Assembly: GCA_040954595.2 (NCBI GenBank)
Contig: CM082584.2
Coordinates: 10,504,452-10,568,451, forward strand
Length of the DNA: 64,000 nucleotides
Reading direction: 5' to 3'
Source of the DNA: Balanoglossus misakiensis
Taxonomy: Eukaryota; Animalia; Hemichordata
A program made the translations under genes and the position numbers. Position 1 is the first letter of the stretch. Every line of letters begins with the position of its first letter. Of this stretch, positions 11,826 through 23,868 are shown piece after piece. The notes under the pieces are model-generated. The model saw only the letters and a list, made by a program, of their open reading frames with translations, was not told the origin of the DNA and did no database searches.

Positions 11826-14135
11826 TCACTGGTCCTCTCCAGATGGCTCATTTGCATACCCAGCCGCAATCCCCTTCTGACCCTCCACGGCGTCTGACAC
11901 TTCAGTTTCTCCGAGTTTCTGCTCAAGGCCACTCCATGATCTGGCTGATAAATATTCAGCTAAGGAGAGAGAGAGTACGACAAAGAAAGAAAGTAAGGCA
12001 TCTCTACGGGCACTGGAGCGTGTTGCACCATGTAGGTCAATTTTATGGGTTGTGAGTTTAGAGTGACTGACTCTGCTGCACAGAAACACAGGTATGCTTA
12101 CATTGTACCGAAAAGGTGGAAACTAACTCATTAATTTTTTGTGTGGTATCGCTTTTGATAATTTTTTATAACATATATATATATCTACAATTATTTTTTA
12201 CTGTAAATGGGCTTACTTCACCCATTGTATGACTCTGCAAGATAAAAAAAAGCCTCTGTAACTTTAACTCACCTCCAGCATTTTGTATTGTTGACACGGT
12301 CAACACATCATCACGTTTGACAACAGCGCTTGAGTTTGTTGTGTCCACAGTGTCATCTTCCCTCCCAATGCGCCGCAAACCACCAGTAATCAAGGAGACA
12401 TCAGTATGTACTGGCATGGCAGTGTCTGGTGACGGCAAGTCTACGTAACTACTGCCACCTGGAGGGGGGAATAGTTTTGGAAATCATTTATTCTAGTGGC
12501 TGAGTGTTCTTGTGCATCATCTGGTCGCCAGAGGGTGTGGTTGGTAGTGAAAGTTCCAAAAAAGACTTCAAACCAAATGACTACTTACCAGGCAGTATTT
12601 GTCTGAAGTCTGTTTCATACTCTCCCGTCCACTCCCTGGCTTGGTTGCACGCAAGCTCCATCTCGAAAGGCGTGACAATCGGCTTGTAAAACTCGGAGGA
12701 ATCCAGCAGACTGTTTTCCGGGCAGGCCACCAAGACGTACACGTCCACCTCCATGAAATTGGCCATCTTCGGCACGTTGATCTTTCCCATGACAAACATG
12801 TAACTCTTCTTTCCGGCTCGCCTGATCATTTCCTTCAGTCGGGAGATCACATCCAGGTAGTCGGCCACGCCAAGCGTTCCAGCCACAATGCCAATGACTC
12901 TGGCGTCTTTGGCCTTTTCAATCAGATAATACCGTTTCATCAGGGCTTTGTTAACGTTAACGCTCTCCTGCCTCCCCCTCCTCTCCACAGGATCATAACT
13001 GTAAAACTTGCAGCGGTTGAAAGTCATCATTAGGTTTGTTAGTGTCAAACTCTCTGCCCCGACGTAGAAAACATTGTAATCGGCTAACTCTTTGCCTGAT
13101 CTCAGCGTCATCTCTCGTCCAAATTTCACAATGCTGTTGTCATCTTTACGAACTGGCGATGTGCTTTCTGAGTTATCTCCTTGAGGAGGTGTGGCATCCC
13201 CCGTCGAGGAATACTGTAACTTGGAGATTGTAACATTTGGATACACTTGATTCAGTCTCTCTGCAAGTGAATCTGTGGAAAACATATACAAACCATTGAT
13301 GAAGTCACTGATCAGACAGAAGCAGATTGTTTTTGATGGTAACCTGAAACGTGGGTTTAAACCAATGCATACTTACCAATTCCATGAGCATACACAACAT
13401 CATGCATTACAATTGTATGACTCTCACTGTCCGGGAAGAGTTCTTTAAACTTTGCAAAACAGTCCTCGACATCTATGTCCTGCTGACCGAAGATGTACAG
13501 GACTGGAAGACGGCGTGTTGGACTGAGGCAAGCCCTTCCGAAATGGATGATGCTGTCTGCATTGACATGCTGTGCGGCCACTTCATCAACACAACAACTG
13601 AAAGGAAACAAATTTAATGATAGGAAAATATTAACTTGCAATAAAAGAGTTGACAATTGGTCAGAAATTGTTGCATAATTTCACAGTCAGTGACTTTGGA
13701 ACTATAGGGTAGTAATACCTTCCATATGACGTGTCACCAAGGACAACAGTCTTGGCATTCGTCTGTTTGTCTAGTTCTGTAACTATGGCAACAGAATCAG
13801 TAAGCATGGAGTCTGGAAATTGCAGTGCCACCTGAAAAGAAAACAAAGCAATGAACACATGTCAAGAACTGTACATGGAAACAGCAAGACAGCTTTATTT
13901 CTCTATCACGTGACGCAAATCATCAGCTAATTCAATGATCAGGAAAATGCATGAGTTGTAATACAACAGTCCTTACTTTTTCATACTTGTTTGTATTGAT
14001 GAAATCCACACATCTCGGTATTTCATATATCCTGTGCAGTTCCTCCTTGTCATGTTTCTTGCCTGTGTGATTGGACACTGCCCTCTGGATGACTTCAGTG
14101 CCATCGTTACTGAATGCCACTCCACTGGTTGTCAT
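11826..14135 (-). CDS. DPH2: 2-(3-amino-3-carboxypropyl)histidine synthase subunit 2 (diphthamide biosynthesis protein 2), ~498 aa, 6 exons
   Basis: Exons 14135-13977, 13831-13719, 13597-13377, 13272-12589, 12458-12273, 11959-11826 (1497 nt, in frame). Motifs [65 protein letters not shown]. The C-terminus [15 protein letters not shown]...GIAAGY is characteristic of DPH2 rather than DPH1. Confidence 0.95.
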
Positions 14136-14773
14136 TTTGCAGATTCGGATGTGAAGTACACTAATGTACAAACAGACAAAAGTATGACTTTCTAAGTTTC
14201 TAGTATTGTGAATGGGGGAAATCAGCAAACCAGAAACAAAATCTACAACACCTAATTACCCCGTCGTTTGCTTCGGGTATGTAGCATGCCCACAGCACAG
14301 GCACCGGAATCAATGTTGCGTAACCATCGCAACAGTTTCAAGGTTGCGTAACCATCGCAACATTGATGTGCCCGTGCTGGAACATTGATTACCCTGACTG
14401 AGTCGGGAGTCAGTCAATGGACTGGTGGGGCTACGGACCCGCAGCAACCATTCGTTACAGTACAACCGTTCGGTACAGTAAGAATCAATTACCTTGTGTA
14501 CTTAAATCATTCGATCGATGACAATGTCTGCAGTTTAATGCTATTTTCGACAAAAGTGTGGATACGTGACTGACCCCTTTTCGGCTATGGGCGCAGACAT
14601 ATTGGATTTGCAATGCATCTCGGGAGAACATACGCATGCCCAGTTTGAGCCAACCGTCACTTAGGCGCCATTTTCGATTTCCAGAGGCCTCCATCACACA
14701 AGTGGTGGTCCCATTCTTCGCAAGTTTACGCGGGTTCTTAGCCAAGTAGTTTGGGCTTGCTAGAACTTTGGCC
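14136..14773. promoter_or_regulatory. Bidirectional promoter between DPH2 and SMC2
   Basis: The start codons at 14135 (-) and 14774 (+) are ~640 bp apart, head-to-head. The region is relatively CpG-rich. It contains a duplicated palindromic 20-mer (14315-14362) and a YY1-like ggcgccattttc (~14664-14675). Confidence 0.6.
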
Positions 14774-17700
14774 ATGTGGATCAAGGAAATTGTCATTGAT
14801 GGGTTCAAATCCTACGCCCAAAGGACAGAAGTCAAGGGGTTTGACCCGCTGTTCAACGCGATTACTGGTTTGAATGGAAGTGGAAAGTCCAATATTTTGG
14901 ATTCGATCTGTTTTCTCTTGGGCATCACAAATTTACAACAGGTAGGGCTCATTTCAGATGTGGTCTTGATGCATACATTGCTGTATTGAGAAACAATTCT
15001 TATTCGTTTAATTTATTGCCAGAAGTTATGAAATTAAACTTGACAACTAAAGATATAGCCATGCGAAGACACTAATGTTTTTGTTTACAAAGTTAAGTGG
15101 TCATGTCACTCATTCAAAACAATGCCCGTCCTCCTAACTCTAACAGACTACTTTTGATATCACGTTTACCATAAACACAGGTGCGAGCCAGCAATCTGCA
15201 GGAGTTGGTCTACAAAGGTGGTCAAGCTGGAGTGACAAAGGCAACGGTGACCATCACGTTTGATAATGTCGACAAGAAGCAGAGCCCAGTTGGGTATGAA
15301 GGATATGATGAAATTACAGTAACCAGACAGGTGTGTTACCTTGGTTGTTGTGTATACTTGGGTAGTGGGGCTATGTCATGTGCATGTTAGAAATTTGTTT
15401 ACCAATCCCGTAATATTTACACCCATTAATTGAAAAGTCCCCCTGCTGACCCTAAATGACCTCTACTTCGCAGGTTGTGATTGGTGGTCGTAACAAATAT
15501 CTCATCAATGGCAGCAATGCACAGAACACCAGAGTACAGGATCTCTTCAGATCAGTACAGCTGAACATCAACAATCCACATTTCCTCATTATGCAGGTGA
15601 GTCAGTAACTACACATGGTTAGTGACAGTATACAAGTGAAATTCAAGTAAAAAAATCTATCCATTCGTTTCTAGTTAGTGTTTTGAAAAAATATTATAGA
15701 ATGCAGATATACTGATTATACTGTTCTGTTTCTTACAGGGTCGAATTACGAAAGTTTTGAACATGAAACCTCCAGAGGTAAGTGTTGATTCAATTTCATG
15801 TACCACATTGTTTTGAGGAATTTATGTACACATACATGTACATCTGAAAAATTTGCTTGAACAAAAATCTAGTAAAGATGCATCGTATAATTGTACAATT
15901 CAGATATTTACAATTTTTTACTGTCCAAATGACTGTTTCAGATTTTAGCCATGATAGAAGAAGCAGCTGGTACTAGCATGTACGAACAGAAGAAAGCGTC
16001 AGCTCAGAAGACCATTGAGAAAAAAGACTTCAAATTAAAAGAAATCAACAGTGTAAGTCAGTGATTTTGATTTATATTTCAGATCCCCAAAATCACGTCA
16101 GCATTCCTGGTAAACACAAGTACAATTGTGAATATTTCAATTATACTGGGATATTAAACAAGGCATGATTCCGGTTGCTTGACTCCAGTAATAAGATGTC
16201 ATCCTGGATTTGTTTTTTCCTCCTGACAGATTCTTGCTGAAGAGATCACCCCAACGCTAAAGAAGTTGAAAGACGAGCGTTCCTCGTATCTGGAATTCCA
16301 GAAAATCCAGCGAGAGCTAGACCACCTCAGCAAACTCCACATCGCCTATCAGTTCCTCTGTGCGGATGAAACAAGCAAGCGATCCGCAGAAGAGATGGAA
16401 CAGATGGCGCAGGCAATGAACAAGTTGAGAGATACGCTGAAAGAGGTGCGTGGCTTACTGTGATACTGTCATACTTCACGGTGTATGCATTGTATGTGTT
16501 TCATTACTTAAGTACCGGTACTGTGGTAGAGAGTGGTCACCTGTGCATATATTTCCCAGATTGTTTTTATTAATTTAAACTCTTTGGTAGATTGACGACA
16601 AAATCTGTCAGCTGACAACGGCCATCAGGGAGCTTGAGAAGAAAAGGGATGCAGAGGCTGGCGGTGCCATGGAGAAACTGGAAGCGGAGCTGACTGAGGT
16701 GCAGAAGAGAGATGCCAAGTCACAGGCCGCCTTGGATCACAAGAAAGAATCTTTGAAAGCCGAGCAGAAGAAGAAGAAAGATCTTGAGAAAAACTACAAG
16801 GAGGTAAGAAGAAATGGAGCAATTATTCTGATGAAAAATTAGTGGGTGTCTGACCTGCATCACCATTTAGTTATTAATCATACAATACTTAGAATTGTCT
16901 GGAAGATGTACAAACATCTCGCTTTTGATATACCCATCTTTAATAGGACCAAAATGCTTTGAAGGCCAAGGAGAAGGAAGTGGAGAAAATCAACAGCAGT
17001 TTCACCAAGCTGCAAGAGAACAGCAAGAACGATGCAGAGGCTGTGACCACAGCACAGAAGCACTTCCATGCTGTGTCAGCCGGTCTCTCCAGTAATGACG
17101 ATGGCGAAGATAAAACCCTGGCCGACCAGATGATGGGTGAGTCTCCATTGAGGCTTTTGCACTGGAGAAAACAACCATGAAACAAATAGGCCGGGTGGTT
17201 GGATTGCTTTTGCTGAATAGAACTGCACATTCATCCCGTACAAACTTCCTCTTTGGATTTTCAGATGCCAAGAATCTCATCTGCGAGGCACAGACGGCAA
17301 CCAAACAGGCGGAGATGAAATTGAAAGTGTCGCAGACGGACATCAAGAAGAAACAGGCCGAGTTGAAGAAAACTGAGAAAGAATATCAGAAAGATCAGAG
17401 TGCATTTGAAGCTGTGCAGAAGAATCAAGAAAAGCTACAAGTATGTCATATTTCTGGTTTTTCTTTCAGTTTTCTTAAATGCCAGGCTTTGGGCACTCAT
17501 AGTTATACACCACTTTGAAAAACTGGCCTTTTGATCCTTATTGCCATTTGATTTTGTCACACCAGAATGAATTGAAGAAACTGAACTTTGAAGAAGGGAA
17601 AGACAAGGAGCTGGGAACGAGAAAGAAACAGTTGACTGAGGAAGTCTCTAAGTTGAGAAACCAAGTAGATACCCTTGAAGCTCGGTGAGTCATTTCACTT

Positions 17701-20700
17701 TACAAGTAGTTTTAATTTAGGTGGTCATATAAAGTCTTGACTACGTGTAAAACTGTCGGATACATGTTTTGGCAATGAATCTATTCAAATATGCACACTT
17801 TCCAGATTTCCGAATCTGCAGTTCGAGTACAAGGATCCTGAGAAGAACTTTGACCGCAGCAAAGTGAAGGGTCTGGTAGCCCAGCTGATTAACGTCAAGG
17901 ATATCAACACAGCAGCAGCTCTGGAGGCTGCAGCTGGCGGCAAGGTAAGAAATGAAATTTGAAGAATTAAATTACACTTGCAGGACTTGTGTGTGTTACA
18001 CCACACTCTGTGATTCCCTAACTGTTTACCTCAGGATATACCAACTTTTATTGAGCAGTAATTTTACCAAGCTGATTATTGCTCATTTTTTCTCCAAAGC
18101 TGTACAACGTTGTAGTTGATAACGAAGTCACGGCCAAGAAGCTACTGCAGAAGGGACAGCTGAAGAGGCGCTACACTTTTATTCCCCTCAACAAGATTTC
18201 TTCGAGGACCATCTCACCAGATGTGGTGAAGCGAGCTGAGTCCTTGGTGAGTGTGGGTTTTTGATTCTGCATGTAAAAGTTAGTCCGCCTATTTTCGTAG
18301 TTCCTCAAACATGTAGAAACAGATAGCATTGTTTTTGTTGTTGTAACCCTGACTTGTCACTCTTGTACACTTCAGGTCGGCAAAGAGAACGTCCACACGG
18401 CTCTGTCATTGATCGACTACGACAAGGAGGTGAAGTCGGCCATGGAGTACGCCTTTGGTACAACCTTGGTTTGTGACAGTTTGCAGAACGCGAAGAAGGT
18501 AGTTATCCAATCACATTGTCCATATGCAAGGATGTGTCTATCTTCTATCTGGAAAATTTCAATACCACCAGCTTCAGATATTGATTTTTTTCCCCTGCAC
18601 CTCCTAAATGCTTCTATTATTTAATTTGCAGGTTTGCTTTGATCCCAAAGTGATGACCAGAACGGTGACTTTAGGTGGTGACCAGTACGATCCATCTGGT
18701 TTGCTCTCTGGAGGTCAGTATTCCGTCTTGCTCAAGTCTTGCCCAATTAAGACCCTGGTTTGACCTTACATTCTGGAATTATTCGTGGTATGGGCTAGCT
18801 ACTTAAATCTTGTTGGTCGACGCTGTGTGTTTTCTGTATTGCTCCATAGACATACATGGAAATGGATTGAAAAAAAACAGGGTTGTGATAGAATGACTGA
18901 ATGTTATTTTTGTTTTATTTCATCTAGGTGCCAGCACCAAGTCTGCCCCTGTTCTTGCAACACTGAATAAACTCAAAGAAGCCCAGAATGAACTGAACCA
19001 GAAACAGGAAGAGTTGGCCGCTGTCACCAAGGAGCTGGACTCCATCAAGAAAGCTGCAGAAACGTAAGTAAATGTAGAATCACAATATCGACAGTTGGAG
19101 AAATAAAATCCCTGAGAAATGAATTCTTTAGAGCTAGGGTCAGCATTTCTGGAATTTGTCATTCCTTTGAACCGAGGCTCGCTCAGAAGAACTTTCAAGA
19201 GATGTCTGTACAACAAAATGGAAAGGGTTAATAAAAATACTGTAAGATTTTTTGCTGATTTTCATGTTGCAGGTATCAACAGGTGAAAACGCAGTACGAT
19301 TTGAAGGCCCATGAAGTCAGCTTGTTGGAAGCCCGTCTGAAACAAAGTACACATCACCAACAGCTGGAAGAAGTCAACGCTTTGCAACAAGCGATAGGTA
19401 GGTAGTAAAATGACAACATGGGGTCTGGTTAGGTTTTACCAATACCTGTGTAACTCTCAGAGCTCCAAACTTGAATTTCTAAAACCAATTTTTTTCTGAA
19501 ACGAAAATACAGACGAGCAAGGTAAAATCATGAAGGAAGCCAAGGAAACTGAGAAGAAGATGACCGAGAAGGTCAAGACTCTGGAAGCCAAGATCAAGGA
19601 CGCCAAGTCGGTGAGGGAGAAGGAACTGAAGGCAGCTGAAGATCAGCTGAAGAAAGCCAAGAAGAAGGCAGAGGAATCCAGTAAAGTTATGAAAGAGAAA
19701 CAACAGGTTTGTGTTTGGACGTTTAATAGTCTAAATCGGGGTAGATGCAGTAGAGATATGGCACGTGTGTTTGGCATCATTTTCATACAGTCCTAGCCTC
19801 AACCTATCGTGAGTTGTATCAAACTGTCTTGTGAAAGAGTTACATGTAAGGCAGTATTGAAACTTGATCGACGGTGTTATTTTTCATTTTCATGAATAGG
19901 AAGTTGATGCCCTCAAGCTGGAGGCTGAAGAACTGTTGAAAGAACTGACAAATTACGAGGACCAGATGAAGGCTGTGGACGAAGCCATCGCCGGGTACGA
20001 GAATCAAGTCCAGCAACTGATGGAGGCTGCTGCTGAAAGTCAGGTCAGTTTCTCATTTGTATTTGAATGTTGCCATCATGCAGACTCTGTGTAAGCTTTT
20101 TTGCGTGGAGTCATAACTGTCATTGCAGTTACAAATTCTTCGTGAACCATAAACATTGTATTGTATGCCCCTAGCATTGTTGTCAATGGTGTGTGATGGC
20201 TGTGCCGTTAGTGATCACTCAGATCACCAGAAGACCAACCAAACAGACAGCTGATATTTTTTTTCACCTCTATCTGACCAGCAATCAGTGAAAGCAGCCC
20301 AGGCAGAGCTGAACAAACAGAGGGAGAAGCTGAAAGATTGCGACAAAGCCATCAACGAGAAGGCCGCGGAGATGCAAAAACTGAAAGATGAAGACAACGA
20401 GACACAGCTACAGATGAAGGAAACCGAACACAAGATTGCCAAGCACAGCAAGGACACCAAGGATGCTTCCAGACTGGTGAGCTCATTGACCAATAGTTGC
20501 ATTTTTATTTCCTTGGCCCCAAAAACTTAATGACATTTATCTCAAAATTATGCATGGTGACTGTTTAAGTTTAGTCAACCACTGAATTAAATTTCTTTTG
20601 AATGAGCTTCGATTTTAGAATGCAATGAAAATGACAACAGTAGAAGTTGAGTTTCTAGCAATTTAAAATGTAATCCTATGTGAAGAGAAATTTGACATTT

Positions 20701-22503
20701 GGTGAAGAACAGTGTTGTCTGTAACGTGTGGACTTCTTGTGACACAGGTGGAACATATGTTGGAGAAGTATGAATGGATCGCGGTCGAGAGGCAATTCTT
20801 CGGTCAAGCAAACACGGCCTATGACTTCAAGGCCAACGACCCCAAAGAAGCTGGACGCAGGCTTCAGAAATTGCAAGACACCAGAGACAAGCTGGCCAAG
20901 AATGTGAATCAGAGGGCCATGAACATGCTCAGCAAGGCGGAAGAGAAGGTAGGATTTTACCAACTGTTGCATTCTTTTAGTAGCAATTGAAGTCACAGAA
21001 GGAAATTTTGTAATCCTGAGAAAAGATACTAACATTGTAACGCAATTTCTGATGTCTGTATGTTTTATTGACTGTAGTATAATGATCTGATGAAGAAGAA
21101 GCAGATTGTAGAAAATGACAAGACCAAGATTCTCGCAACCATCGCAGAGTTAGATGAGAAGAAATGTCAAGCCCTGCGCAAAGCATGGGAACAAGTCAAC
21201 AGAGTAAGTCTTGTTGCTTTTTATCTATCGTCAATCATAGTGTGGAACAGCTAAAAACCTGATGGGCAAAATTGATTTTCTTTTTATTTCTGATTTATTT
21301 ACAAGAATTATTTTCATTGCATACTAATCCAATTTGAACATTTTTCTGTGTTTATAATGACTGTACACTGCTTCTGTCTCTTCATTCCAGGATTTTGGTT
21401 CCATATTTTCCACTCTACTGCCTGGCACCAACGCCAAGCTGGCACCTCCGGAAGGTCTGACTGTCCTTGATGGCCTGGAGGTCAAGGTTGCCTTCGGTGA
21501 TGTCTGGAAGGAAAGTCTAACGGAACTCAGTGGCGGACAGAGGTAAGATTTATTTTGACCACAACAACATGATGCAAATCTATACTTTGTAAATGTCAAC
21601 TGGTTTTTGAAATTTTGATAATATTTTTTAGTAAGTCAATGATGTCTTAATTACAGGTCTCTGGTAGCGTTGTCTCTGATCCTGTCATTGTTGCTGTTCA
21701 AACCTGCACCGTTGTACATTCTGGATGAAGTAGACGCAGCCTTGGACTTGTCGCACACTCAGAACATTGGACAGATGCTGCGCACTCACTTCAAACATTC
21801 TCAGGTAAGGACAAAATTACCATCCCACATTCTTTTTGAATGCTCAGTGCCTCGGTATTACTGAAAGAGAATCAGGAAGGTGATTGTCAGTGGCACTTTC
21901 TGTGTTACAGACTTAGGGCAAATGTCTCAGAATTTGCGTAGATGGTAGATTTTCTGCAGAAAGGGGAGTTCAGGTTCTGTCACCTTGAAGTTAAGGCAGT
22001 AGCGAAACATCTTCTGTCAGAGGTACTTTCGTTTTGAAACGTCCAACACTTATCAATGCTGAATCCTGCGATTAACGCGGTCGGTGGGAAGACTTTGCTG
22101 GAACTTCTTTTTTTGAGTGAGCCTCATCACAAGACGACCGTGCCACACTAACTTGCACAAAACGTTGACAGCTCTTGCTAAGCTCTCTACGGCTGCTGCT
22201 GCTGCTTACAACGGATATCTATCGATTCAGAACATGTGCTTAAAACCTGTACCCTCTGTTTGACAGTTCATCGTCGTGTCCCTGAAGGACGGCATGTTCA
22301 ACAACGCCAACGTGCTCTTCAAGACCAAGTTTGTGGACGGTGTCTCCACGGTTACGCGCTACGTTCAGTCGTCGTCCTCCAGGGGGGCGACCAGCTCCGG
22401 CAGCACGTCGTCGGGTCCGGCCAAGACGGGCAGGGACAAAACCAAGAAGTCGAACAAGAAGGCAAGGACCGATGCGATACCTCTGTCCGTGCAAGGACAG
22501 TGA
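14774..22503 (+). CDS. SMC2: Structural maintenance of chromosomes protein 2 (condensin subunit), ~24 exons
   Basis: N-terminus [43 protein letters not shown] (Walker A), then [21 protein letters not shown] and [20 protein letters not shown]. Coiled coils flank the hinge ([33 protein letters not shown]; [16 protein letters not shown]). ABC signature LSGGQRS, Walker [21 protein letters not shown] and [15 protein letters not shown] follow. First exon 14774-14941; last exon 22267-22503. Confidence 0.97.
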
Positions 22504-23868
22504 GATTAGACCATCCCGCCCGCATTTTTCATGTCTCGGGACCGTGCGAAAGATATTGCAACGTTCCGTTGAGCTCAAGTGGCCAGGACAACTGCCATAT
22601 GTATCATCTTGAATGCAGGATTATACCGGGTGCTCAATGATGGAACTATGGAAGAAACTATGAATATGCTACAATTCACTGCCAGAATTCAATGACACAG
22701 GCTTCGGTTAATTGAAGAAGACTTTGGTAGATGTTAAAACCAAAAACATTTTTGTGTGTGACAGAATTATGTAAAACAATCTGATTCATTTTGTTCTGTG
22801 TGTGTAGAATTCGACGTGAAAATGCCACGTCTAAGTATCGAACTAGTTCTTTAAAAAATTTCCAGCGTATATTTAGATTTGATATTTAAAAAAATGTTGC
22901 GAAGCTTGTATATTGCATTCGTTTTTAATGTAAAGGACCATACTTGGTGAACTCCAGTTCTTGCTTTGATTACCATTTGGTAAATTATATAAAGGCCTGG
23001 AACCCCAGCATGTAGATAGCCAGTTTTCTTTGACATGGAAGAGACAGGCTCATAGTTGTTGCACAGGAAAAATCATCTCTGGACAGGATCTCGTGTTGAC
23101 TTCTATATTGTGTTATAGCAGATTTGTATGAAAGCTTATCAATCATGGTATTTCAAATTTCAAAATGGAAAATTCTCTGACACTGTGTCTCTCTTAACCC
23201 TCACAGAGGTGATTCATATTTTCCGACTTTGTATGTCTAACTTTTCTATCTACTCTTCCGGTATTGGATGACCGTTCTTGTCATGGATATTTTTGTACAG
23301 ATTGAAGTAAAAGATACTCATTACAGTATCTGCTGTTTGAGACTTTTCTATTCTGTTTATTTCTTTAAAACTTCAGGTAATATAATATTTGTTATGTTGC
23401 TTCAAAAGGAACAAGTGTACAGAATATTCTTCAGGTTAAAGATGGTGGTCTGTTGTACTGAATTAAGGTTTTCTGATAGCTATAGCTCATCTACACAATT
23501 TGCTCCCTTGTGAATTAGAGGAAGGCTAATACAAGTCACACTGCCAAAAGTGATGCAAAAGTCTCTGGCTACAATTGATGTGGCATCATGTGGGCTCCAT
23601 CTTTATGTTTTGTGGTTTAGGTCATAGTGCTCTGTACTGCACGACGTGTGTCCGTTCATGTACCAGTGATGATTGTTGTTTTATACCATGTGGTGCATAG
23701 TTTGGTCTTTCTAGCCAAAAGTGACGCCGGCTAGGCGAGTCGGTTGTTGCTGAAACAAAAATCATACATTGGGATCAGATAGAGAAACAATGCATTAACT
23801 CTCTTGTCAGTTTGAATCATTACTCGACTGCAAAATCGGAACTGGTATGACACTTGCTTTTTTCTCAT

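Noticed and set aside
14774-22503. Functional link between the condensin gene SMC2 and the neighbouring satellite
   Set aside because: Only proximity supports it; nothing in the sequence suggests a mechanism.
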